From Candidatus Latescibacterota bacterium (GTDB lineage: Bacteria; Latescibacterota; UBA2968; GCA-2709665): a DNA stretch of 64,000 nucleotides. The notes beneath the pieces were generated by a model. The model did no database searches. It was not told the origin of the DNA and was given only the letters and a program-made list of their open reading frames with translations. This document shows positions 23,813 to 34,781 of the stretch, one piece after another. Numbering within the stretch: position 1 is the stretch's first letter; each line of letters starts with the position of its first letter. The translations under genes and the position numbers were made by a program. The stretch is from contig OZ250150.1 in assembly GCA_965237675.1 (NCBI GenBank), positions 1,536,001-1,600,000 of the forward strand, written 5' to 3'.

Positions 23813-23876
23813 GAGGTGTTTTACGGCGCAGCAAGGCAGTTTTATCGGAGCGTGCTGATTCACAGGGAGGTTGGTG

Positions 23877-24177
23877 ATGCAGGTTCGAACGTTTTTAAGT
23901 CCGGGTTTGGCGTTTTTGCTGTCAGTTGGCGTTGTTGGCGTCGCGTCCGCACAGGAAGTCGCCCGCACGCGGGGTATTATGATTCGCGTCGACAAACCGG
24001 CTGCCAACGCGTGGGTGAAAATCGACGACAAGATCGAGATTCGCATCCTGGCTTTCGACGGTCTCCTCAATGGCGGTTTCCGGGTGTCGGTTGTCGATTC
24101 AAAGCTCGCTGACGACGATGTCGGTACCACTGCCGGCGGGTCGGCCGCCGCCGATGGATTCGTTTACTATAATATAA
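23877..24177 (+). pseudogene. 5' part (signal peptide) of large surface protein paralog 1, cut by IS1595
   Basis: Homologous to the N-terminus of 36463-41394; GGAGG SD; fuses in frame with 27341-31734 once the IS and one TSD are removed. Confidence 0.9.
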
Positions 24178-24329
24178 GGCACCTATATACTTAACTACCC
24201 GTCCATAACCCTTTAATTTATAACGGTTTAATAATTATTATAAGATGAATATTGTCTTTACTTAAAATAATTGTTATAATTGTTGTAAATTAAAGGGTTA
24301 TGGGGGTACCCTAGACTATAAATAAGTGA

Positions 24330-24359
24330 AAACCCTCGATCGGTCAGGATCGAGGGCTC
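24330..24359 (-). terminator. Terminator after the DUF2188 gene
   Basis: CCCTCGATC-6nt-GATCGAGGG hairpin followed by TTTT on the minus strand. Confidence 0.65.
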
Positions 24360-24383
24360 AGACAGGTCATCGTTGGTTGGGGT

Positions 24384-24605
24384 TTAACCACGGGGTGGAA
24401 ACGGGTCTTTCCCGTAGCTGTTTTTGGTTCCGAATTGCCCATTCTTCTTATGGATGATCAATTCGCTTTCAGAAACCTTAGCTATCATTCTGCCTATGCG
24501 AGCGGCTTCAGCCTGTGTTGTGGCATTGGAAATTGGTTCCGGTCGGCCAGCCTGCTTTACGGCCCAATCTCCATCATCGGGTACAACATGGATTGAATTT
24601 GCCAT
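24384..24605 (-). CDS. DUF2188 family protein (IS passenger)
   Basis: HVVP..GDWAVK..G...TQAEA...A....SEL.IH..NG....SYG.DPFPP.G. Confidence 0.85.
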   Translation of the reverse strand: MANSIHVVPDDGDWAVKQAGRPEPISNATTQAEAARIGRMIAKVSESELIIHKKNGQFGTKNSYGKDPFPPRG

Positions 24606-24681
24606 CGCGGATTCCTTCCACGATGACCTGTCGTTTGAAATATACTGATGAGGCTATGTTTAGTCAAGTTCCAGGGTGCGT

Positions 24682-25017
24682 CTAAGTCGCTTTGCCATCA
24701 AGAATTTCATCTATTCTATCCAATAATGGTTCGATTATTTCTCTATTTTCTTTAATCCAATATTCAGTATCTGTTAAATCTTCCCTGATTAATGAAACAT
24801 GATTTAAAATATCCTTCTTAATATCAGGAAATTTAGTACCTACGCTTCTCATAAAAATGCGAAGGAAAGAATACATTAAGAGATTTTCCAAATACATTTT
24901 TGCAATAACTGGTGAAGCGTTTGCCAAAACGGTCTCTTTGGCTATTTCTTCCATCATATTCCGAATTTCTTGAATAGAATATCTTCGTTTAAAACCGATT
25001 CGTGATTGTGTAGACAT
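24682..25017 (-). CDS. Hypothetical helical protein (IS passenger)
   Basis: 111-aa ORF with an AAGGAG SD in the AT-rich element interior. Confidence 0.6.
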   Translation of the reverse strand: MSTQSRIGFKRRYSIQEIRNMMEEIAKETVLANASPVIAKMYLENLLMYSFLRIFMRSVGTKFPDIKKDILNHVSLIREDLTDTEYWIKENREIIEPLLDRIDEILDGKAT

Positions 25018-25131
25018 AATTCTCCTTTTGCCTCCTCGAAAAAACCCCTTGTCTTCTGGATCTTCCTTATATATATTATTAATACACCTTATAGTTTATG
25101 ATAAACCCGTATTAATAATATATATGAGGAG

Positions 25132-26049
25132 GTGAATATGTCAACTGAAATATCGATATTTAAGCTGCACGAGATGTTCCCGGATGAAGCCTCGGCCGAA
25201 GCCTGGTTTGAGAAGTTACTTTGGCCGGAAGGTGTTCGTTGCTCAGGCTGTGGAAGTGAGGATATCCAGGCACGACCGACGAAAAAGCCTTTGCCTTATC
25301 GCTGCCGCAGTTGTCGGACAGATTTTTCGGTAAGGACTGGAACCTTACTGCACAGGTCACATCTACCCTTGCGGAAATGGGTTTTCGCCATTTACTTAAT
25401 AAGTCGCCCAAAGGGAATTCCTTCTACTCAGTTGGCACGTGATTTAGGCATAACGCAGAAAACAGCTTGGTTCTTGGGCCATCGAATACGACAGGCTTGT
25501 TTACAATTTGGACGGAAGTTTTTGGGAACGGTTGAAGTAGATGAAACTTTTGTAGGTGGGAAAAAATCAAATAAACATCGTATTAAAGGGCAAAAATTTA
25601 AGCGAGGAACTGCGGATAAAGTTCCCATAATTGGTGTTTTTGAAAGAGGGACGAAAAAGGTTCAAACAAAGGTCTTAGGTGATATGTACGGAGGAACATT
25701 ACGTAAACCGATATACGATTGGGTATATAAAGGAATGTCCGTTTATAGTGATGAAAAATTAGAATATAAGAAAATATCTGAAGACTATTATCACGCATTT
25801 GTCCGACACGGCGCAGGACAGTATGTTAAGGGTAAGGCGCATACCAACGGGTTAGAAAATTTCTGGAGTCTGTTCAAACGTGGGTATATGGGAACTTATC
25901 ATGTAATGAGCCCTAAACATCTTTGGAGATATGCGCGAGAGTTCACCGCCCGACATAACGCAAAACCCTTGGGCGTTTACGGATTTATGAAGAAACTAGT
26001 CCAGGGGATGAGAGGTCAGCGACTACAATACCAGGAGCTTATAGCATGA
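25132..26049 (+). CDS. IS1595 family DDE transposase
   Basis: Zn ribbon CSGC..CRSC, LARDLGITQKTAW, VEVDET, YSDE, HTNGLENFWS..KR...G.YH..S.KHL.RY..EF..RHN. Confidence 0.95.
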   Translation: MNMSTEISIFKLHEMFPDEASAEAWFEKLLWPEGVRCSGCGSEDIQARPTKKPLPYRCRSCRTDFSVRTGTLLHRSHLPLRKWVFAIYLISRPKGIPSTQLARDLGITQKTAWFLGHRIRQACLQFGRKFLGTVEVDETFVGGKKSNKHRIKGQKFKRGTADKVPIIGVFERGTKKVQTKVLGDMYGGTLRKPIYDWVYKGMSVYSDEKLEYKKISEDYYHAFVRHGAGQYVKGKAHTNGLENFWSLFKRGYMGTYHVMSPKHLWRYAREFTARHNAKPLGVYGFMKKLVQGMRGQRLQYQELIA

Positions 26050-26180
26050 AGAAAGAGAAGACATTTAAAACGAACCTCAGCCCTGAAGATGTTGGCCGGG
26101 CGATATTACAGCCGAATAAATTTGCGGCACCAAAAGGTACACGTCGAAAGAAAAAGAAGAAAAAAGTAAGGGTTAAGTAG
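26046..26180 (+). CDS. 44-aa basic peptide coupled to the transposase
   Basis: ATGA overlap with the transposase stop; MKKEKTFKTNLSPEDVGRAILQP...RRKKKKKKVRVK. Confidence 0.55.
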   Translation: MKKEKTFKTNLSPEDVGRAILQPNKFAAPKGTRRKKKKKKVRVK

Positions 26181-26384
26181 TTGGGTTAGATTTATTTTCT
26201 TGTGATTTTTTCTCTATCAGTTATATTCACAATTGCAAGCATCCAGGAGGTCGCTATGCCGGGTCTCCTGCCTAATATAATAGCCAATTTGTGGCGAATA
26301 AGCAGGGCTCACCCTCCTGTGATGCTTGCAAGGCCCGTCACCAATTAAAGTAGTACTCGCTCCGCAAGGGCGACAGGAGGAAAA

Positions 26385-26915
26385 ATGAACTGGCTTCGTA
26401 GGGAGGGGTATGTACCCTATCGTTTAGCGATAGGGTTTTTTGTGTTATTAAGCTATTCACAACAGATCAATGCAGAAGAAAAATCAGTAAAAGAAGAACC
26501 GTTCATAGTAAGAAAGGTCCGTTGGGGAATGAGTAGGAAACAAGTGTGGCTGTCTGAAGATTGGAAACTAGTCCATCAAGAATCTAATATTTTGATTTAC
26601 AAAGGTTCTGTCGGTGGCTATGAATGTCGCCTCAACTATCATTTTGTAGCGGGTAATTTAAAAAAAGTTAAATATAGTTTTTCCTATGTAACTATAGATT
26701 TTTATCGTCGTACGGTAACTCAACTTATTGCAAAGTATGGTCACCCAAAAACTAAATTTCACATAGGATTTCTATGGACGGTGAAAGATGAAACATTTAT
26801 TGGTATTGCGCACGAACCTGAATACCGTAAACCGAGTCCGATGATAGTATCGTATGAAAAAATAGACGAATCAAAAGTAAACGAAGACGTTCTCTTTGAT
26901 GAATTTGCATTTTAA
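26385..26915 (+). CDS. Hypothetical exported protein (IS passenger)
   Basis: AGGAGG SD, signal-like N-terminus, VRWGMS motif. Confidence 0.7.
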   Translation: MNWLRREGYVPYRLAIGFFVLLSYSQQINAEEKSVKEEPFIVRKVRWGMSRKQVWLSEDWKLVHQESNILIYKGSVGGYECRLNYHFVAGNLKKVKYSFSYVTIDFYRRTVTQLIAKYGHPKTKFHIGFLWTVKDETFIGIAHEPEYRKPSPMIVSYEKIDESKVNEDVLFDEFAF

Positions 26916-27160
26916 CATGAATATATGTGTTGATATTTTTTACCCAATTTACTTAATTCTTGATCTGAGTACCAACCTTCCTTTAATGCTACCGTTGGCC
27001 AATCTTTGATTGGAATTTCATTTTTCAGTTTTGTATAGAGTTCCTTTTCAAGTAGTTGCATCCTCTTAGGTGAGGTATGAGGGGCAGCTGTTTTTACCAT
27101 TGTCGCCAGAATTGGGAGACGGTATTTTGGGATGTACTTGACCGGTAAGGGAAGTCTCAT
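26912..27160 (-). CDS. Hypothetical protein (IS passenger)
   Basis: AAGGAG SD before MRLPLPVK; convergent with the 176-aa gene. Confidence 0.5.
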   Translation of the reverse strand: MRLPLPVKYIPKYRLPILATMVKTAAPHTSPKRMQLLEKELYTKLKNEIPIKDWPTVALKEGWYSDQELSKLGKKYQHIYSC

Positions 27161-27340
27161 GGTAAAGTCTCCTTTTATCGTTGTCATTTGTAGTTTCAAC
27201 CGTCGTGTGTCTGCACGGCGGTTGATTTATTGTGGGGTCATAAATAATATACTGATATGGGGGACAGGAGACAACCCTTATGTCAAGTTTCTACTAGGCT
27301 TATAGGCGCGGGTAATCAAGTATATAGGTGCTTAATATAA

Positions 27341-30300
27341 ATGTGCCCAATCCTGGTAATCTCCCAGGCGGAGTCGAGTTTGGCGACGGCGAGTCGTCAG
27401 GTGTCGACACGTTCAATGTTTCCATAGCCGTCGTCGCGCAGGGTACAGCCTTCGAGTCGGAAAACAGCCGTGCTGTGAAAGTTGTGGTCGACCTCGACGC
27501 GGCCACGGCCGGCAACGAGTTGAACAACCTGATGACGAACAAGAAGATCACCCCCGGTTCCTCGGGCTTCGGCGCCAGCAGGGTCGGCGACGGGGTGCGG
27601 TTCGGTATCGACGCCAATCGCCCGAGGCACGCCAACGTGTTCAAGTCCTTCTCCGTTGAAACAGAAGACCTGAGTGTCGATACGACCCGGGCGGGTCTGA
27701 TCGATCGGGTGAAGATCAGGAGTGGAGATGAAATTACCATCAGACTCGGTCTGAACACGGGCAGTGTGTTAAATGCAGGAGCAAACAGCATCCAGGTCGG
27801 TATTGTGGAGACAGACTCGGCATTTTCCACGGCGCCAGTTTCCTTTGAGCTTCGCCGAGACAAGCTGTACAGTGCGAATCTGCGGGATTCGGAGATCGTT
27901 GAGGAGGGCGATTTTGCCGATAACCAGCGGGTACGGGTCGAAGCCTATCTCGTGGATGCCGCCGGTAACCTGGGCGGCGCCTCAATGGGTGCTCGAACGG
28001 CTTCAGCCGTCAGCGCCCCGCATGGATTTCCCGACGGTTTCGATCCCAATGGTGTCGAGTGGATCGCGGACGCAACCCCGCCCGGGATTACGATCATCTA
28101 CCCCCATCCGGATCGCATGGAAGATCGGATCTCGGCGGCCGTCACACAGACGCTGTCGGGTTATTATCCCCTGCCCGGGGAGGCGCAGGATGTTCAGACC
28201 GACCGCAGGTTGAACCCGCTCGAGTTTGAAATCAGCGAAGTTCCGGACGCCATCAGGATCACCCATGGCGACAGCACGCACGGGTTTGGCAGTGGCGCTA
28301 TCGATGATGCAACCCCCACGGACGTCGACGAAGATATGGCTCCGACCGGCAACGATTCCACGGCCACGCTCAGTCTCCCGTGGAAATACGCCAAAGCGGG
28401 CGGTGTAAAGAAAGACCTGAAGATTGAGGTCTGGGACAGCCTTGGGAACACGTCTTCGATGGACCTTGCGGGCATCTGGTACGACGAGAAAGCGCCGGAA
28501 ATCGGCAATCTGTTTCCCTCCGACGCCACCGCGCCCAGGGACGTGGAAAACGACGACGAGCGCACCATCAACCTGGCCACCAGGGATCCGGTCTTCACGA
28601 TCGATGAAGCGTTGGATTCGCTGTCCGTCCGTTATATTGAGACCGGCGGTGGAGCCACGGCCATAAAGCAGAGTTTCGGCCAGGGCAACCCTCGCCTGAA
28701 GACCACCGGCGAACGGGTGTACTGGCCGGTGCACGATACGAACTTTGTAGAACGAAGTCGGTACGATTTGCAGATCCTGGCGATCGACCTTGCCGGTAAC
28801 GCCAGCGTGACCGACGGCGGGACGCTCACGTTCACCCGGGGCTTCCTGAACCCGAACGCCGACATCTTCAAGATCGTCGACATGCCGGATCAGCAGGGCG
28901 GGGTCGTTACCGGTCGGGATTTCTCGATGCGGATCTCCGTCCTGGACACCATGCTGACCCGCATCGAGGAAGCCGACGTTCGCGCGGCGACCTATCATCG
29001 GATTGCGTCGTTAGGCGTCATCGTTTCCGGAGACCAGGCCGACGCGCTTGCCGGCGTGAGCTTCAGCGGAATCGGCGTATCGGATGCGCCGGACTTTACT
29101 CTTCCCGCCGAGTTGGCGGCCGCGGGCATGGTTGCCAGGGCCGCCATTCTGGACGGCGAGGGATGGCACGCGGGCCAACGTGACGTCAAGTTCAAATCGT
29201 CAAAGCCGCTCAGCAATGTCACCGTTATGGCGGCAGAGCGATTCAAGGACCCCGCCACCGGGAGCTACTCCCTGAAGACCGTCGGGCAGCTTGATGTTCC
29301 CGTCGACGTCAGCGCCTCCGAGTTGTCGCGGTTTGTGGTAACGGCCATCGAGGGCCAGGCCACGTCCAGCAACGTCGTTGGCGGGTTTACCGTCCGGGTG
29401 GTTCCGGCCGATGAATTCGGCAACCCGAGTATGAAGATCGATCCAACGCCCGATTCCAGGACGTATGAATCGGTGGCCGTTACGTTCGCTTCCAATAACG
29501 GCGCGGTAAAGGTGCCCTTTGGCCGGCAGGAAGTTGCCGCCGGTGGGACCGATTTCGGGGCGGTGGCGGCCAACATGGACGGCAGTGCGGTGGTTTCCGT
29601 ACGGACGATCAGGGAAGACTTCATTACTGACGCGGACATCCACTTCGCCGCGGCCGATGGAACTGATAGGGATGATACCGCCGGCGCCCTCAGCGGTAGC
29701 GTGACAGTCAGTTTCGCGCCTGAAGGCGGTCCCGTACCGGATCCGGGCGCCCCGTCTGCTCCTGCATACATTGGGGTCCGGGACTACATGGGCGCGGACG
29801 GACAGGGCGACCAGGGCGGCCTGGTGATGATCAACTTCCCGTATTCCGCGCAGCACGACGCCGTGGTGGCCTACCAGATCCACAGGGAAATCGACAAGAC
29901 CGCCAGGTTGGATGATGAGGGCAACGTGATCGAGCTCGAAGTAGCCGTGAAGGAATGGGTGCCCTGGGCCAGCATCAGCTTCGGCGCCGATGATCTCGGC
30001 GGCAACGTGAAGGGCGACATGCAGAATGTGGTCATCCCGGCACTCGACAACGTATCCACCAACTGGGGCGTCGTGTCTGTGGGCAAGGCGGGAACCTCCG
30101 ATATGACCGCGGCCGGCAAGCGCGTGTTCACGGTGGAGAGCGTGCAGCAAACCCTCGAGTTGCCGGGTATGGCGCCCGACGCGGTTCTGACGGACGAGGA
30201 ACTGGCGGATCGGTTCAATGCTCCCGAAGACGACGTCAAGTCCATCATCGGCAATCGGAAGAACCTGGTCTTCGTCCCCGTCAATCCCGATGTGAGCGTG

Positions 30301-31734
30301 TTGATGGGCAACGCCTCGGTTCCGGCCGACATCCGGACGGCCGCGGGTAATCTCATGCTGTCCGATCGCACGGTCACCGAGGAGCCCGTCGCAGCCGTTG
30401 ACAACATCGCGCCTGCCGCGGTCACCGGCGCTTCCGGCGACGGCGCCGGAGGCGTTGTACTTCGGTGGACGGCTTCCGCCGATGACAGGATTGTGTCATA
30501 CATCCCCTATACCATATACAACAACGAGGACAGCAACATCCCGATTCTGGGTGTCAGCGGCTACAAGGTGATGAGGGGCGCCTCGGCCGACGACCTCGAG
30601 GAGATTGCCACCCTCGATCCGGGATCCGCGCAGTTCACGGACGACAACGTGCCGGACGGGGCCACCTCGCTGGTGTACCGGATTGACGCGTATGACGACA
30701 ACAACGTGGCGATGGGTGAACGGATCGCGGTCGACAACATTTCGGTCCGTGTGCGTTTCGTCGATGCCAACGGCGATCCGGTCTACCTCGTCAGGCTGCC
30801 GTCGCAGGGCGGCAACATGGAGGTTGACTTCGAAGACTTCGTCGCCTTTGCACAGGCCTTCAACAGCCGGAAGGGCGATGCCAACTACAATCCGCAGGCC
30901 GACGTCAACGACGACGGCTCGGTGGACTTCTCCGACTTCGTAACGGCGTCAGCTACCTTTGGTCTTACGGCCGTGGTTCCGGCAGGCAGCAAGCTGGCCA
31001 TTTCGCCGCAGCGCCCGGGCGTGAACGCCAATACGGAGATGACCCTCGAACTGACCAGCGAGACGGTGAAGGTTGGCGAGACGATCTCGGTGACGGTATC
31101 CATGGCCAACGCGAAACAGTTGAACGGCTTCGGTCTGGAACTGACGTATGACGCCGAGAAGTTCGAATTCGTCAGTGCCGTTCCCGCTGAAGACGATCTG
31201 TTGAACTCTCAGGGTGGCGAGACGCCGTTGTTCAAGAACTGGCCGGAAGAGGGCCGGGTCTCGGTGGTCAACGCCATTATCGACGCGGGTTCCGTGAGCG
31301 GCGAGGGTGCGCTTGTGACCTTCACGTTCAAGGTTCTGCGGGAGTTCGAGGACAACGCCCGGTTGGAGATCGCACAGGGCGTGGTATTCGATCCCGATCA
31401 GCTACAGAACCCGGTGGTGTCGCTCGGTGCGCTGGACGTGCAGAGCACGCCCACCGAGTTCGCGCTGCACCAGAACTTCCCGAACCCGTTCAATCCTCAA
31501 ACCAACATTCCGTACGACCTGGCGGAAAGCGGCGACGTGGTTCTGCGGATCTACAACCTGCTGGGCCAGGAGGTGCGCACGCTGGTGCGTGAGCGTCAGC
31601 CCGTCGGTCGCTACACGGTTCAGTGGAGCGGAATGGACGACCGTGGCGTCTCGGTTTCGAGTGGAATTTACTTCTATCAGGTCTCGGTTGCCGGTAAGTT
31701 CCAGGATGCCAGGCGGTTGACGTTGCTTAAATAA
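27341..31734 (+). pseudogene. 3' part of large surface protein paralog 1 (Ig-like, dockerin-like EF-hand, cohesin, FlgD-Ig C-terminus)
   Basis: Open frame; DFEDFVAF..ADVNDDGSVDFSDF, cohesin-like L.YDAEKFEF, QNFPNPFNP tail. Restored ORF is 1564 aa. Confidence 0.9.
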
Positions 31735-31760
31735 TCGCTTTCGCGCAGCAGGATATTCAG

Positions 31761-31800
31761 GAGCCGCCGGACATCGTCCGACGGCTCTCTCTTTATTATT
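31761..31800 (+). terminator. Intrinsic terminator
   Basis: GAGCCGCCGGAC-ATC-GTCCGACGGCTC followed by a T-rich tail. Confidence 0.7.
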
Positions 31801-31849
31801 ACCACACCCGAACTCTGCCCTATACTTCCCCACTCCCCCACTTCAACAT

Positions 31850-34000
31850 CCACCTCTCCCCAAATTCCCTGCCTCCGGGCGGGCGACAGGTCGTACGCGA
31901 GGGACCGCGGGGTGTGCATGGATGCTCTGGCCGATGTACGCACGACATCTCGCGCCGTTGTTGAAATTGTAGGGGCAACCCTTGTGGTTGCCCACGTTGT
32001 GATTTTGGAGTAAAATTCTTATTTATTAATTTTCACGCCCTTTTTCTTGTACGCCCAAGAATCGGCTGGAAGCAAGAGGGAAGACGTGGGAAGGGTTGGT
32101 AACATTGTCGGATGACACCCCCGCACAATGGCTTGTCGAGCCGTTGAGGAATCGTGTGTGAAGGTGGGGCAGACATTCCTGTCTGCCCTTCTCATTGTCC
32201 TTCTGCCGGAATGCAGACAGAAGAAAGGGTTGCGCCGCCGTCGCATTTGTAGGGGCAACCCTTGTGGTTGCCCACGTTGTGAATTTGGAGTAAAATTCTT
32301 ATTTATTATTTTTCACGCCCTTTTTCTTGTACGCCCAAGAAAAAGGGCCAAAAAGAACGGCGCCGCTCAAACGCCGCGGGGCTGCTTTTCCGCGAAACCC
32401 CTCAACAGTGTCGACAGGCTTTGGTGCCCTTCGTCCCTTCCATCCGTTCCTGAACCATGGCGTTGGACGGATTAGCGCGGAAAAACCCCGTCACCACCAC
32501 CGGGCGGCCGTGAGGCAGATCGGGAAGGACCGCCACGCGGTATGGCTTCGAACCGCAGGTGTCGTATTTTGCTACATCTGGAAGGGCGGGCGTAGCGCCG
32601 TCGTTGGAATTGTAGGGGCAACCCTTGTGGTTGCCCACGAAATGGCGCAGACATCGCTGGTCGACATCGCCAGGCCGCATCGCTAACCGATGTTAGCCAA
32701 TCGCTATACGCCCACAGCCGATCGCGGGACGTTGGTCGACGTACGGTATCTGTAGGGGCGACCGGCGGGTCGCCCTTACAAAAACGAAATATCTGTGAAT
32801 CTCTATCGCCGGTTCGTATCGCTAACCGCTGAATTTTAATTAAATTCTTATTTATTATTTTTCACGCCCTTTTTCTTGTACGCCCCAAGAAAAAGGGCCA
32901 AAAAGAACGGCGCCGCTCAAACGCCGCGGGGCTGCTTTTCCGCAAATCGCCTCAATAGTGTCGACAGGCTTTGGTGCCCTTTGTCCCTTCCATCCGTTCC
33001 TGAACCATGGTGGTGGACGGATTAGCGCGGAAAAGCCCCGTCACCCCAACCGGGCGGGCGTGAGGCAGATCGGGAAGGACCGCCACGCGGTATGGCTTCG
33101 AACCGCAGGTGTCGCATTTTGCGACATCTGGAAGCGCGGGCGTAGCGCCGTCGTTGCATTTGTAGGGGCGACCCTTGTGGTTGCCCCTGTCACGGTGCTG
33201 ACATCGTAACGGGATTTCTAAGGTTTAACGCTGACCGCTGTCAGCTCGTCATTGGAAAGCCAGTCGGTTCTCGATCGCGAGCCCTGTCCGGAGGACCACC
33301 AGAGCAGAGCGCGCTATTCCGTTCATCTCGGAGATCGGGTACCCGCCCTCGCTGGTAGGGCAACGGGTCGTGTGCATCCTGTGAGGGTGTTCGCGCTGTG
33401 CATAAGTACGGCCCCGCGCCCAGCGGCGACTTTTAAAAGCGGTAAGAAGCAAGAGGCAAGAAGGGAAAAGGGTTAGTAACTTTGTCATATGAAACCCTCT
33501 GAACCGGAGTCTCGCTAACTGGAAAATAGAAGTGGATCGCGAAAGAGGGCGCGTAACCGGTGGGCGGCGGAGTGGCCTTCTCACCTCTACCGTCTTACGT
33601 CTCACGGTTTCAAGGAACCCTCCGGAGGCAAGGAATTTGGGGAGAGGTTGTGATTTTGGAGTTAAATTCTTATTTATTAATTTTCACGCCCTTTTTCTTG
33701 TACGCCCAAGAAAAAGGGCCAAAAAGAACGGCGCCGCTCAAACGCCGCGGGGCTGCTTTTCCGCGAAACCCCTCAACAGTGTCGACAGGCTTTGGTGCCC
33801 TTCGTCCCTTCCATCCGTTCCTGAACCATGGCGTTGGACGGATTAGCGCGGAAAAGCCCCGTCACCACCACCGGGCGGCCGAGGGATTAAACTTGAGGGG
33901 CCACAAGGCGGGCGGTTCGCGAACCGCCCCTACGAAAACCTGACATCCGCGATATCGATGTCGCCAGGCCGGTATCGCTAACCCTCCCCCTCTCCTCGCA
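31850..34000. repeat. Repeat mosaic
   Basis: A cores at 32386-32484, 32936-33034 and 33757-33855; B core at 33305-33400; several REP palindromes. Confidence 0.88.
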
Positions 34001-34020
34001 GGAGAGGGGGAGGGGGGAGA

Positions 34021-34397
34021 GGTTATCGAGACCTACCCCCTAACCCCCTTCCTGAAGGAAGGGGGAACGGTGATCGTTCAATCTGTTGTGCTCGAGCTAG
34101 TGGCGAGATCGCGTATTCCAATCGATCAGAGCTTATATAACACAGCATTCACGAAACGTGTAGATTTACCCTCCCCCTTTCCTTTAGGAGAGGGGGCCGG
34201 GGGGAGAGGTTATCGAGACCTACCCCCTAACCCCCTTCCTGAGGGAAGGGGGAACGGTGATCGTTCAATCTGTTGTGCTCGAGCTAGTGGCGAGATCGCG
34301 TATTCCAATCGATCAGAGCTTATATAACACAGCATTCACGAAACGTGTAGATTAACCCTCCCCCTCTCCTCGCAGGAGAGGGGGCCGGGGGGAGAGG
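34021..34397 (+). repeat. 2 x 187-bp tandem repeat upstream of DUF559
   Basis: GGTTATCGAGACCTACCCCC at 34021 and 34208. Confidence 0.9.
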
Positions 34398-34400
34398 TCA

Positions 34401-34781
34401 ATGAAAAAATCCCGGCGAAATATCGTGATTGGTCAGCCTGTTGCGCTCGACAAAGTGAAGTTGGCGGGAAGTTTGCGGGCTCACATGACAGAAGAAGAAA
34501 AACAGCTCTGGCAGCACCTGCGTGCGAATCGGCTTGATGGCTTTCACTTTCGACGGCAACAAATCATCGATGGCTTTATTGTCGATTTCTACTGTCATTC
34601 GGTCGGTTTGGTAATTGAAGTCGACGGCGAGGTTCACCAGAATCAGGTGGCTTATGATGCAAAACGAGATGGTATTCTTACAGCGCGAGGATTACGAGTG
34701 ATGCGTATTTCGAATGTTGAAATCCGCACGAATTTGGGTGGCGTTCTCCAATCAATCAGAGCTTATATAAAACAGTGTTAA
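34401..34781 (+). CDS. DUF559 (Vsr-like) endonuclease-domain protein
   Basis: LR.HMTEEE..LW..LR..L.G..FRRQ.II..FIVDFYC....LVIEVDG..H.......D..RD..L...G.RV.RI.N. Confidence 0.92.
   Translation: MKKSRRNIVIGQPVALDKVKLAGSLRAHMTEEEKQLWQHLRANRLDGFHFRRQQIIDGFIVDFYCHSVGLVIEVDGEVHQNQVAYDAKRDGILTARGLRVMRISNVEIRTNLGGVLQSIRAYIKQC

Larger units (their letters stand above)
24178..27332 (+). mobile_element. IS1595-family element with passenger genes (3155 bp)
   Basis: TIRs GGCACCTATATACTTAACTACCCG (24178-24201) and its inverse at 27309-27332 (21/24 match); 8-bp TSD TAATATAA at 24170-24177 and 27333-27340; AT-rich interior. Confidence 0.95.

Noticed and set aside
27328-31734. Standalone 1468-aa gene
   Set aside because: Its GTG lies in the IS terminal repeat; the real N-terminus is at 23877-24177.
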